DNA of 59,140 nucleotides, counting the filler, from Sphacelaria rigidula (taxonomy: Eukaryota): NCBI GenBank assembly GCA_964200075.2. It is 3 parts of 3 records of this genome, joined end to end, with 100 filler letters (N's around TTAATTAATTAA, not from the genome) between each part and the next. Parts side by side here need not be neighbours in the genome. Positions count along the whole stretch, not along the records: positions 1 to 19,650 come from CAXNAA020000634.1; 2 more parts are not named here. The stretch is one strand, 5' to 3'. The position numbers were made by a program, and so were the translations under genes. The notes below the pieces were generated by a model. It searched no databases, was not told the DNA's origin, and was given only the letters and a program-made list of their open reading frames with translations. This document shows, piece by piece, positions 1 through 12,499 of this stretch. Position 1 is the first letter of the stretch; each line of letters opens with the position of its first letter.

Positions 1-12
1 GTTGTCGTTTTA

Positions 13-258
13 GGGGGGGGGGGGGGGGGGGGGGGGGATTTCGGGCCACTTCTTGCACAAAATTCCGAGTCAAATCGTCGTTGAACGCAGCAACGGTTTT
101 TGAACGAGTATGTTATAGACATATACCGTGCGTTCATACTGCTTGACGCCGTTTTAAACCAAATACAAGCGCACCGCGAGTGTGGCAGGTCGTCTGACAC
201 ACCTATGAGCCTTGTTTTTTGTGCAATCAAATACCCCCCCTATCGTAGGATGACTCTT
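13..258. repeat. Dispersed ~240-bp MITE family with G/C-run subtermini, copy 1
   Basis: Homologous to 4450-4672, 19151-19390 and 39549-39801. Shared blocks include GCCACTTCTTGCAC and GTCTGACACACCTATGAGCC. Terminal word CCCCC(T)ATCGTAGGATGA. Confidence 0.8.
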
Positions 259-1933
259 TTGCTACACACGCCCTCACGGCCTCAACGACGGAAATCAGAT
301 GCTTCTGAGAGAAATATCAAACTAGACGCAAACATGTGGCGGAAGTCGAGCCCACGTTTTCCCCGCCTTAATGGTACCACTCGCACTATTTGATCATCGT
401 GACGCCGCGATTACAAAATAAAAAGTAAAGAGTCAATGTTCTGCATAACCACTTATACCTCGAAAACGCATACATGATTGCCGTACTGTCGTCAGTTTTC
501 ACTTTCACCAAACGTGATGTATGTTATCTTGTGAGGTGGGGTACGTGCACCACCACTGGCTGTGCCACTGTCGCTCAAAATGACCTGATGGATCCACTCT
601 TCGTATGAGTCGAAAAAGTACGGCTGGGGAATGAACCGAAAGCCTTCGAAGACTCGCCGTCGGCTGCTTGCCCGTGTGCGGTTCGTGGGTCTCTAACTGA
701 TACCTGTACCTACGAGTGAGACCACTGGTTCACCCTCTGATCACCCGCGGATGTCTATCTGTTGGGTCGGCATTATGTTAACTCTTTCCCCGCCAGGGTA
801 GATGATTCGTTGAATCGGCATGATATTCCTTTTTTTTTCAAGGGTAGATGCCGGTTCAACAGATCGTCTACCCTAGCGGTCACGGGTCACCGCAAAAAAT
901 GACTGATCACACTGAGTTGCCCATCTGCCGGGGTTCAGCGGGTCAACAAATTTCATGCGTCCTATCTTGGACTTCGACAACTTTGACTTGAGCAGGAACC
1001 TGACTCGATCGTGCGAGCCTCCAAAACATCCGGACGCAAGTTGACTCGAATTGTGCATGTATTTCGGGAATCACGTCGCATGCCTTGAATCATGCAAGTT
1101 ATCCCGGAATATTTTCAGAGTCATTTGGGATATTAGTGAGTCGTACGACTGGAGTGTTAAGAATCTTTCGGAAAGATGATGACTCGTATGACTCGAGTCG
1201 TACGAGTCAATCAGAAACCAACCGAAGAGAAGTGCCACTGAGTATATGAGGCTCACGAGTTGGACCCACACTTGTTTGACGTGTGAAATTCTGTGCCCAC
1301 CTCCGCGTGCCCAAACACGAACAAACACGTTTTTTTTCGAGTCAGTCGCTTTCGAATTTGTCACGTTGTGCAATGCCGCCCCCTCCCCCCCACACACTGT
1401 ATGATAGAGGGTGAGAAAGGCTTCATGAGCTACCTGTTCGAAAACAGTGAAACAGTGTGAGACCTCACGCTCTCAACCGTCGGCAACCACCCGGGGATCG
1501 CACCGAGCGCAGTCGCAACAGCCGCGCCTCCGCATATACCCTCCCCCCTCCCCACCCCTAGCAGCACAAGGGGTATGAGTACACCCCCCTAGCAGCAGGC
1601 ATGTGCACCCCTTCTTGCAATGTATACACGCCGCCGTAATCACCGTGCTGTCGACAGGACCCCAAAACACCGCCGTAGGGGAACACATGGACGGACAATA
1701 CCTGGAACGATGCACGTGCTCCCACTTATCGTTTGTCTACTGGGACCCACAACACTACAATCACGTGGCACGTGAGTGATCGGGTGCACCCCGAACGCAC
1801 GCGCTAGCAAAACAATGCTTCCGTCGACCCTCTACGCGTCGCTGCACTAAATTAGTTTGCGTGATAAGCACGACACGTGAACCAACAAATATGCGAAATG
1901 GAGTTTCATCGTGATTGAGTCATGATTCTCCAG

Positions 1934-2081
1934 GTGCACTTTCACATCGGAACGGCAGAAGCGTACGGACGCCTCGAGGACCCCCGGCCCCTTGACGGCA
2001 CAACAGCCTGCCGAACCCTGCCAACACTTTCTCCCTCGCGACGTCCTCGGTCTAAAGCACCACCGGGCGGGCGATCGCTAC
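1934..2081 (+). CDS. Candidate upstream exon of the peroxidase gene (unverified)
   Basis: A GC-rich open segment bounded by TTCTCCAG| and |GTATGT. One frame ends in phase 0, which is compatible with the exon at 6439. No recognisable motif. Confidence 0.25.
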
Positions 2082-4449
2082 GTATGTATGTTAAGAAAAA
2101 AAGCAAAATCTACCGTTACAAACGCCATCTCGGGAAAATCCAGCCCTCGGTTAACACCTCTCTGCGAGATAACCCCGATTTAAGGGGAAAACCTCTGCAG
2201 TGGCACGATGCTCCGCGATGTGCACAAGCGGGTATAATCCAGCTCCATATGCCACTACCGAGGGAACTGGCGGGAGAATCGAACGTTGAACCAATAAATA
2301 AACGAGTAATATGTATGTCTTGTTCGAATCAGCAAACGAACGAACGAAACACGGGGGTCAAGGTGGTGCAAAAACGGGCAGAGCAAGCTCTAGAAGACTT
2401 TTCCCGAGGAAGGGGAGGGGTGAAGGTACGACAAGAATATATGTACTTCCTCTGTCTCATAAGTCGGGGCACTTATGGGCGTTTATTCGTTTTCGTATTT
2501 CAACGTTGACGACAATTCTACGGTTGGGTTCGTTTGAGAGGTAAAGCGCAGACAAAGCTGATGAAGAAAAAAACACGAAAAAAAAAACTTGTTTGCATCA
2601 CTTAAATTAAGTCGAAATATACCCCATTTCGACCCTTTTTGATCCATTTATACCTCATCATTGACCGATATTGGACGTTTTCACGTCGAGCACTAGTAAT
2701 TACGTGCTAACACAATGTTGGATGGGGCGTGCGTAGGTTAACATCACGGATATGTCCAAAATTAAGGGTGGTTTCGCGATTTTCACATTTTCTGGCCCAT
2801 TTTTCGCGATTTTTTCCTGTTCCCGGGTCTCTCATGCTTTCCTGGGAAAACGAGCGGGAAATGGGCGTTTTTGAACCGACGTGCTTTTTTTCGGCCGCGC
2901 GTCTGCATGGGTCAAGCCCCAAGGTCCAGAAAAAATGTTAGTTTTAGCTGAAAAAAACGCCGACGAACGCCATAAAAAGATCGAAAATCAAATATCACAC
3001 CGTTACCAGCTCGTACAACCATAATTGCCCAGACTTATATGAGACAGAGGACGTATACATGTATAATTATACGAGGTATATGCACCACAGCGGCCTGGGT
3101 TAGCGTCAACGTCATTTACGTCAAACGAAATATCGAGATGCTCACAGCAGCCTTTTAACCATTCGATACCTGTCTCTGTCATTTACACACCTCGATGTGA
3201 TTTCTGACGCAGTTAGTACCATCACAACCCGCAGTGTACCTGACCCTACATACCCTTGCATCTATTCTCTGAATCTACGCCTGGCCATCGCACTGAGCTG
3301 GGCAGAGCACAAAGGTTCTGAGATGACTCGTTAAGCACGTCTCCGTTCGACCAGTGAGTGTGTTCTGGAATGGCCTCTTTAACCTCGATGAGCATGTATG
3401 CCCAGGGAAACTGTACGGGCTTCACCACGAACGATGATTCACCCGGGAGATTAGTCGGACCTATTATTCCATTCAAAACGACTATTGTATTCAATTCAAA
3501 ACGAAGGATAGGCATGAAATTGATACAAAGTATACCGCGAAACGGTAACGCCTACTACATATGTTATGTGTAGCCCACGGCTAGCAGCTAGAGCTTATGT
3601 CGACATCGAAATACTCGCGAAGGGTCACCGTTCCATCCTATACTTTGAACCCATACCTGCCTACTGGACAGAGCCTATGAGCCCTGAGCTGACTCATGAA
3701 ACACGCATACACTCGAACAGCGCACGGAGACGTTCTGGAATGACCTTCAGGGACTTCTATCCGGCATTGACTCAAGCAAACTCCATCCACTTCTGCATCA
3801 AGATGATCATTTCTCTTTGACGAAATCAAAGTGTTGGGCGGAAGACATAATTTTACTCTCAAAAAAATATATGAAACTTCTCAATATTTCGATTTTTTGT
3901 TTTGTTTTTTCACGAAATTTATCGCGCGATGATGGTGAAGGATCAATCCAAACCACAATCATGACCCTCCGAAACGTTTGAGTCATAAGTCGTAACATCG
4001 TGGGGAAACATTATCAAAAGCTATACATGTGGACTTCTGTGATAACATGGACGTATTTTACTGAGTTTGACTGATCGGTCGTTAAACGATAGAGGGGGGG
4101 GGTGGATTTTGCCGCACCGTACCCCCTCCCCCGCGTAGCTCCGTCTTACAAGGAATACTTGGTCATTGGCCGAATGTCTACAGTAATGAGGAGCCACAGG
4201 AATGCCGGTATTTGCGCAGTAAGAGTTTGGATGGGAATGACAGAATGTGATTTGCTTGGTAAGGATTTGAATAGAAACGGGAAAACGTATTTTTTTCGGT
4301 AGTGATTCGAGTGGTAATGGCAACTCCAAATCATCATGGTAACGTACCATTTTAACTCATTACCGGGGTTTTACCCCCGATAAATTCCACATGATCTTGG
4401 GGAAAACAGTAGTGAACTGCTCAGTGTGGTGGTGATTATTCGCCTAATG

Positions 4450-4672
4450 AGTAATACTACAACGGGGAAAGGGGGTGTTTGATTCCACGAAAAAAGGCTC
4501 ATAGGTGCGTCAGACGATCTGACACACTCACAGTGCGCTCGTATTTGGGTGAAGATGATGCCAAGTAGTATGGACGAGTGATAGTTATCGGTAGCAACCG
4601 CGTTCGAACAACTGTTACTGCCTTCGTGGGAGAAATGGCCCCGAATCCCCCCCCCCCATCGTAGGATGATTC
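4450..4672. repeat. Same MITE family, copy 2 (reverse orientation, both TIRs visible)
   Basis: GAGTAATACTACAACGGGG ... CCCCATCGTAGGATGATTC, with internal GGCTCATAGGTGCGTCAGACGATCTG. Confidence 0.75.
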
Positions 4673-4998
4673 ATATATGTACAGTACAGTACGACGCACA
4701 CCAAAATGGTTGTGCCGGGGTCTTTGCAGCTACCTCAGTCTAGATAACAAACATACATCAGCTATGCAGTTTACTTGTTCAAAGGCCAAACGATGCTCCG
4801 GCCTGCAAAGCGAATACCACACATTGGGGAAACAGAATAGCAAACGACATTGCAACAACACCCAGCACTTTGTCGCATGTCGTCGGCATCGGCGGAGCAG
4901 TACTACGGCTAAATACGGAGGAGCAACGAGCTAGTATCGTACATCGCAATATGAGTATTTCCTTTTCGCTTTGATCACTATCTGGCGACTGAATATTT

Positions 4999-5420
4999 GA
5001 AGGGCAGGTCGAGTAGAGTATACTCAATACTCAGTATTTTTGAAGAGTCATACTTTTAGTACTCGAATTTTGAGTAGAGTGTTTGAGATCGTACTCAATC
5101 TACTCAAATTTTTTAGTAGAGTATTTGAGATCATACTCAATCTACTTACCATTTGAGTAGAGTATTTGAGGTCATACTCAAGTGATACTCTACACTCAAG
5201 TATTCCTGAGAATGCTTACTCAATATTAGAGTAGAGATTTTAAGGTCGTACTCGAACAACTCAAACTTTGAGTAGAGTACTTGAGGCCGTACTCGACCTA
5301 CTCAAAACATTACTAGAGTATTTAAGGTCGTACTCGACCTACTCAAACTTGGAGTAGAGTAAATACTCGAGTATTTTACTGGAGTACTCAAAAGTACATA
5401 CTCTACTCGACCTGACCTTG
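4999..5420. mobile_element. hAT-like non-autonomous element with internal ~41-bp palindromic tandem repeats
   Basis: TIR CAGGTCGAGTAGAGTAT / ATACTCTACTCGACCTG, extendable outward. Flanking direct repeat GAATATTT at 4991-4998 and 5421-5428. About six units of TTTGAGTAGAGTATTTGAGGTCGTACTCRAYCTACTCAAA. Confidence 0.75.
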
Positions 5421-5759
5421 GAATATTTGAAGGGAACACCTAGCCTGATCTGTGGGCCCGCGCTTACAGCGCGAGTCTTTAGCTGTTACTAGCGTATCCT
5501 TGGGGTAGTATGGAGATTGGTGAAAATGCTAAGTGTTGTGACTTTACCTTCACCTACACCTGACCAGGCTGTACGTCCTTTTGACCATTATCCTATACTT
5601 GTAATATGTGATGCCGCCATAGAACCCCCCCCCCCCCCCTACACACACAGTAGCGAGAAAACAATCGCTATACGAGGTGATAAGTGGTGACCGCAGACGG
5701 CGAATCAAGAAGGGGAAAGATATGTAAAAAATCGTGTGTAGTGTATGAAAGAAACGCAG

Positions 5760-6080
5760 TGAGCGCCAAAGTGTTGGAGGGGATCTCTGTTAGGCGTGGG
5801 CACCGTGCTCCGTCTCGCAAGGGAGGCATGGTCAATGGTCAAACGACCGAGGCAGGCAACAAATGAGTACGCCACCTTCCCCAGAAGTGGCTGGTTTGAG
5901 GGGGCAAAACGTGTATGCATCGAAATGAAAAAAGGTAAGCGCACCGAGCAGCTGGGAACTCCCACGATTGGGATTGTGTGCGTCAATGTCGCTCATATGA
6001 GGCGCTCCATGTAGTCTGAAATCAGCTATCATGCGCTGTATGGCCATTTTCTTCCTGGCAGTTGTGGGGCTGATCTGGGG
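5760..6080 (-). mobile_element. Degenerate Ty3/Gypsy-like RT remnant
   Basis: QRMIADFR...SQLLGALTFFHFDA, followed in another frame by KVAYSFVACLGRL, resembles RMCVDYR...GAxxFSxLD...TAFxTPxG. Highly eroded. Confidence 0.4.
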
Positions 6081-6438
6081 GGGACTGTCGCGACATCACT
6101 CTAATCGGAAGCAGGGTAGTGGCTTCAAACAAGACATCTCATCCCTCCTTCACCACCATCCTGTCTCCCGGAGATGTTTTGTAGGGTGGTGGTGAGAAAA
6201 TATACTTGTACGTCAAATAGCCGCAGTACATTTTGTTTTCACCACCTAGCTCATTTAGTTTTGTTCACTCAGTGCCCATATCTACCTTCTGTATTCCTGC
6301 GTTACCTTCCTCCACCCCGCGTTCCACTTGTGCCTCGAGGCGCATACAGTTCTCCCAACTTTTGCAAAGAGCCACTATACCTTCGTAAGAAGATGCCGTT
6401 TTGACCTCGTGGTCGGTGTGTGTGGTGCGTGCCGGCAG

Positions 6439-9400
6439 ATTCAAAGAAGGATTCAAACAGCATGCGGTGGTGAATTTTGCTACGGCAGCCTCACAAGTCT
6501 GCCCGCGCTTGAGCTGGAGTGGTCGACCTTAGTGTCCATCGCCGCGCCTTCTAGCGGGGGCGCTATCGGCTACATGGAAGACTCGCAGGTGGGGTTATTG
6601 CGCGACATACACACGGTTGAATGGGAGAGATTCAAAGACGGGGTCGTTTCAGGTAACACCATTCAGTTTTGAACGTATGGAAAACCAGAACTGCGGTTCA
6701 AAGTCTGCAAAGGTACAGGTACATGTCGAGAAAACAACAGATGACCTGGCACCCTAATCATAAAACGGAATGCTATTTTCCTTGGCTCACCCTACGAGGG
6801 AACTCTGACCCATGCGTGTGTTTTTCGCGTACTCTGAAATATGACAGGACCGGGAAGCCCAACTGGGAGGGTTTCCGCTCAACAGCGCAGCTTCAAGCGG
6901 GGCTGCCGGGTGAGTTAGTTGGCTCAACCTGAAACCGCACGCAGGTTGACGTCACATGGTGCCGTACGAAAGAGACGTTTGATTTTTTCAGACGTTTCCC
7001 TCCCCATGCTCAGTGCCTGCTCTCTGAAAACTCACGACGCTATCCCCCTGTTATCCACGTGGTTGTTGTATAATGTCCGCACCAACAAAAACAGATACAC
7101 GTACCTGGGGCAACTCTTGTCGCACGACATGAACCACGATGTATCGTCCACACTGGGAGTGCCTATTGATCCAGCTACGGTTACCAACTTCAACAGCCCC
7201 ATGGTGGACCTTGACACCATCTACAGCGTTAACGTGAGTGCTGGCCTCAGAAAGCTGTTGCTAGGCGCAAACGACGCAAGTGCGGTAGTGAGGTGCTGCC
7301 GGTATTCTAGCTCTAAACTATCAGCCTCGTGGAAATGTTCCTACGTCACACGGTTTGTCACAACTGCCTCTTCCAACAGAACGTAATAGAATGTGCATCG
7401 CGTCCTCCTGTTGATATCCGACGAATAGAAGCCTAGTCGCCCCTCATATGCAGTAAACGCGATACGTTATTCGCCTGCGTTCCGGCACTTTCATGGACAT
7501 TTCACCAACCGTTTGACAACCAGAACCGTAACCTCGATTCAACTCTAACCAAACCACGCCCCCACACCTGTTTTCGCATTCCCGTGCGGCCCTCTACTAA
7601 TCAATTGTCCACAAACCCTCGCAGGGCTGCACACCTAACTTACTGAACGAAACACATTTCATCCTCAACGGCCGAGATTATGAGCGCGACACCGGAAGCG
7701 GCGCGGCCCTGATCTGCGACCCTCGCAACGACGAGCACCGTATTCTAAGCCAGATCGCCGTCGCGTTCATGACCCTACACAACAAATTCATTGACGACTT
7801 TGGTCTCACCTTCGACGAGGCTCGCGACGCTACCATCAGAGAGTGGCAGGCCGTTGTACTCAATGACTTGCTGCCCAATCTTCTGGACTCGAACGTGAGT
7901 AAAAGTATTGCCTTGGGTTTGAGTGTCATTATAGTGCGCCCATGTTACCACGGTGCTTTCTTATAAACTAATCAAGATCAAGTGATGGAATGGACAAAAA
8001 TTATGCCACCGTTTCCCACGCTACCGTCATTCCCAACAAGCGCTTCAGGTCCCGGCTCGTCTTACGAGTGTTCCGTACCATAAAGAGGGATGCTGTCTAG
8101 TGGTTGCTGGTTGAGATGTTCGAATACCTGCGTACACGACATCAACACCGCGTATTTATTGTGTTCCATGTATGATTTTCAAACTGTCGCTGACCTTTTG
8201 CGCGAGTAGTGCATTGTCATGAAATCTCCATCTGAGACATCACATCCGTCTGGAATGTCCATCTACTATAGAATACCATGTCTGTGGGATATTCATGTGG
8301 GATTTTCACCCGGGCTATTGCAGTCAACGTGGGATGAGACATCCATCTTGGATGTCTATTTGGGATATCCTTCTTGGGCTTCGATCTCGAATATAGATAT
8401 CCATCTGAGACACCCTTATGAAAAGTGGATATCCGGGATGTCCATCTGGGATATCAGATCCACCTAGGACGTCAGATTCATCGGGGGATGTACGTTTGAA
8501 CCTTGAACACTCCTGATGGACTCCAACCTACGATGCGAGTACCAACCTGGGACACCTAGCCCTATCCTTGACCCCAATCCTAATCCTAACCCTAACCTTG
8601 GTCCTCAGGAAAAATATCGCGAGCCTTGCATTATTGTATTACCTCCACCTGGGGTATCATCGGGTATCCATCTGTAATATAGATGCATCTGGCACATCAA
8701 TCTAGGGCATCAATTTGGGACATCATATCCATCTAGGAAGTGTCCAAATGGGATATGGACACCCATTTGGGACATTGACGTCCATCTGGGATACAGATTT
8801 CGTCTGGGATGTCCACATTCGAGACGAATATCCGCATCCCAGATGTACCTTTCAGAGAGATTTTTACATCCAGTTGGGGTCTTCATATTCCATATGTATA
8901 TATATATATGCGTATTCTAGTTGTACGTCCATATCCCAGGTGGACATCAATCCGGGATATGATACCCTGGATCGCCACCCACCCGGCATATGCATATTCC
9001 AGGTAGTGGTGGTATAATGGTTCATGACAGGGAGAATAGCCCGGATGATGTGAGATCCCACGTGGATACCTCGAGTGGACACGGACATCCCAGATGGATA
9101 TTTCTTGTGGATATCCATATGCAGATGAATTTTGTACGATACCGCAAGACCATGCATTTTAATTTTATTCCATCGCCTGCCTCGATAAACACCTGAATTG
9201 TATTCGAAAATTGTCGTAAATTCTCGACAAGTGCAGACGCTCGCTGATGTGGCTGGCGGAAATCGCGTTCTGTACGTCGGCGACGCATTGGACTCGAACG
9301 TGATGCCGGCGGAGTTCTCTGCGGCTGCCTACCGCCTGTTCCACTCACGTGCCAGGCCCAACTACCGCCTCAACAGCAACGACATCCCCGTCGTTCTGTT

Positions 9401-11070
9401 CGACGTCGGTGACAATGAGCCAAACCTGCTGGGGGGAAGCCCGCTGCCAGACGATCTCGTGATTGAGTGGGAGAGATTCTTCGGGGACCCTACGCAAGCC
9501 CCCCGCACAGTCGAAGCCGCGAGGATCCTGGTGAGGGTGGTGGGGGGATCGGTCTGTGTGCGCGATGGGAAAATTCGAAGAGAAAGGAAATGAACTGGGA
9601 ATATTTTCTCCCCACTTTATATCTGCAGATGGAATCAAAAGTGCTGGTTGATCAGGGTAGGTGCATTACGAGATGTTGGTTGAAATAGACATACCGTGAC
9701 CCATTTGTTCCGATATGTTGCACCCACACACACAATATATGTTCCTTGTACGTGTAAAGACTGGCAAATGAAAGGGGGTGGACCCCCGTCTCTCTATTGC
9801 TGCTGTACGTTCCACGGTGCAAACCCTACCAGGACATGCTCTATGTCCAACCTCTCATTGGCATGCCTTTCGGCGAGGCCGGTACGCCTGACGGTTCCCA
9901 GACCGCCGTGGAATGCGACGGTGTCGACTGCCCGATCGTGATCGACGAACCCATTGTGGGTGGCGAGCTCAAGGCCAATTTGGCCGTGCTCGACTTGCTT
10001 CGCGGGCAGACCCACAGCCTCCCCGGCGGAATCGCATATGCTGAGTTCGTGCGGACCTTCGTGCCCAGTTTGACGGTAAGAATATGCAGATATCGGCTGG
10101 GAATGACATCGATATCCTTGCGGGTTTGGCCTAACGTTGATTTGTTGGCCTTGTTTTGCTGTATATATTGTATGTACATGTCATCTACGAAGCCTAGGGG
10201 CTAGCGCAGGGAGGTGGTATGGGATATTCTGCGGCGCTATTTTCCCCCTAATTCCGCCGGGACTGCAGGCCGCTTTTGTGTTGGCCGTGGGGGTGGAGCA
10301 GGGAGGAGACGATATGAGATATTCTGCGGCGCTGATGTTTTTCTAATTCCGTGGGGGCTGCAGGCTTCTTTCATATTGCAAGCTTATTGACTCCGCATCT
10401 TCCTCAAGACGGATCCTTTGTCTCGAGGGGCCGACCCGTGCCTCTGCTGGTATTTGCCTTACATTTTGGTATGGAAGATTGGATCAGCGCTCGCGCACCC
10501 CGTCGACCCCCGTCAAATCTTGTGTGCTACTAGTAATAGCTAGCCTCCACGCGCTTTTATCGACGGAAATCAGATTCTGCCATTAGAAGTCGTCTCTGTC
10601 GGGATTCGAACACACAATCCCTCATCTCAACCGAGTGTTCCCGTATTAATTGGATCGACGGCGTGCAGCATTATTTATGGCTTCGGAATTCGTGATGGCT
10701 TCGGAATTCGTGATGGTTTCCAAACATCCATTATTTTCTCTTTCAATGGTGTCGACTCGCCCGTATAATTCTTGCGTAGGTATTGGACATCGAGGACATG
10801 GCAGGCAACGAATTCGGACTTCCTGCTGACCTACCAGATGATACGGTTACTGACGTGCCCCTGCTCCTCTACCTCGCGCACGAGTCTATCCGTGACTCTG
10901 ATGGAGAGGTGCTTGGTGAGCTCGGTAGCCGCATCGTGGCCGAAACGATATACGGGAGCGTCGAGACGGCCATACCCTCCATCCTGGACGGCGCAGGCTT
11001 TGTTTCTCTAGTTAGTAGGGAAGAGACAGTGACTGCGCGTGACGTGTTGGACTTTATCGAGTGGGAGTAA
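6439..11070 (+). CDS. Heme peroxidase, peroxidase-cyclooxygenase (An_peroxidase) superfamily, short bacterial-like type; 7 exons, start codon not located
   Basis: Exons 6439-6588, 6848-6909, 7095-7233, 7625-7894, 9237-9530, 9833-10075 and 10780-11070 (TAA) have AG/GT boundaries with matching phases and give 482 aa. Motifs in order: AAGYTYLGQLLSHD (distal Q/H/D), DLDTIY, ICDPRNDE (distal R, E), LHN, EARD..IREWQAVV..DLLP, PAEFSAAAYRLFHS (proximal His), EWERFF, NLAVLDLLRG..HSLPGG, PLLLYLAHES, LGELGSRIVAET. Confidence 0.92.
8215..9140. repeat. Intronic element built from GGATAT/ATATCC/GGATGT/ACATCC words, with a CCCTAA-like patch
   Basis: Dense recurrence of GGATATCC and GATGTCCATCTGGGA-like words. 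CCTAATCCTAACCCTAACC occurs at about 8579-8597. Confidence 0.65.
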
Positions 11071-12499
11071 GACAGTTTTCGACTTGAAAGCTTCAGAGAC
11101 ATTGGCATATTTGCCTGGGTGAACTCGTCTCATGTGTAGGACGTACGATAGCATAAGCAGAGTCTGTTGCGTTGTGCATCTTTCTGCTTGGTGGTTTCGT
11201 CACGTCCAACCGCCGTCATGTTTGTGCTCGCTCGCTGTATCTCTTTCCACGCACGTGCACACACTTTAAGCTGAAGCTAGTTTTGGTTGTTTGCCTCTTG
11301 AGCCGGAGCGAACGAAGGGTAGTCTGAGGGGGAGGTAGACCGTCGTACGCGTGTTTACTTATCTTCATGCTAGCCGCAATCCTCGCACCGGGGCTTTGTA
11401 AACATATGTCCCACACTTGGTTTGTTCCTGGCCTTGGCCTTGGGAGGATGCCCTGAAAGCTTGAGGCGCGTTCTGATCGGGAGCACCGTCCGAATCACGT
11501 TTGTATGAAGTAGTGCGCGTCTTGTTTTGTTTAGGATCGGAACGTATACATATTCGGCTGTCCACAGGTTCACGTCTCGCGGTATATGTTTTGCATTGAT
11601 GTGATAAATATATATATATATGGTAGCTGATGCTCGGAAGGTTTTCGCCCCCCCGCATGCCCACGTACTGTTTTGTTCGTGGTAATCGCGCCATGGTGGC
11701 GTTTGTCAATCGAGACGTTGGGTTGGTCTACTCCTTGTAATGGGTGGCGGATAACACCTTCATCGTTCGACTTGCACGAAACTACCTTGGGGGCATGTGT
11801 GGATCGTGTGGTTCTGAAGCGCTAAGTGTGTATCGGGAAAAAAATGCGGCAATCTGTGCACTTGGTGTAGTGATGCGCCTAAGACGAACATGTACCGCAG
11901 TACGTGAGTTAGGGGCATTTACTTTGCTCCAAACTCACTGTCCACCTGAGTCTTTGGCAGTGGATCTCGTCCATACGCGAGGCGTTACGTATGGTTTATC
12001 GTGTCTTCTTTAGCATTGGGCTACCATGTGCGACTTCATGCACCCACAAAAGTGACACCATGATCCTCCCTATCCGTATGTAACGTATACATATTTACCG
12101 GAGTCCCGCTGCACATTGTACACTACTTGATAAGGCCATAATACCGTCATCGTAGTACTATCCATGTATTAAGAAGATGATCATGCTCATGTTCCTCACA
12201 CTACGATGTCTGTCTGTAGTGCACATTGTATAGTTCCACGAGATACTTTTTACGATAGTCCCCCGCCAAAAATGTGGGTGGTTTGGGGAGGCAAAATCTA
12301 CACGTAAATCTAAATGAAAAAAGTTGAGCACAACGACAAGCTGGGGATTCGCACGCTTGGGTTCGTTTTCGCCAATGTCGCCGATATTAGGCGCTTCGTG
12401 CAGCTTGAAACAAAACATCAGGTGCTCTATGATCGTTTTCTTCGTAACGGTTTGGGCTGGTTTTGGGCGGGTGGGCTATCGCGAAAAGTGTCACGAGCA

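Noticed and set aside
5060-5370. Regular ~41-bp palindromic repeats resembling a CRISPR array
   Set aside because: There are no unique spacers, the units abut and are degenerate, the array is enclosed by TIRs and a direct repeat, there are no cas genes, and the context is eukaryotic.
8555-8600. CCCTAA-like repeats as an interstitial telomere
   Set aside because: Only a few degenerate units inside an intronic repeat element.
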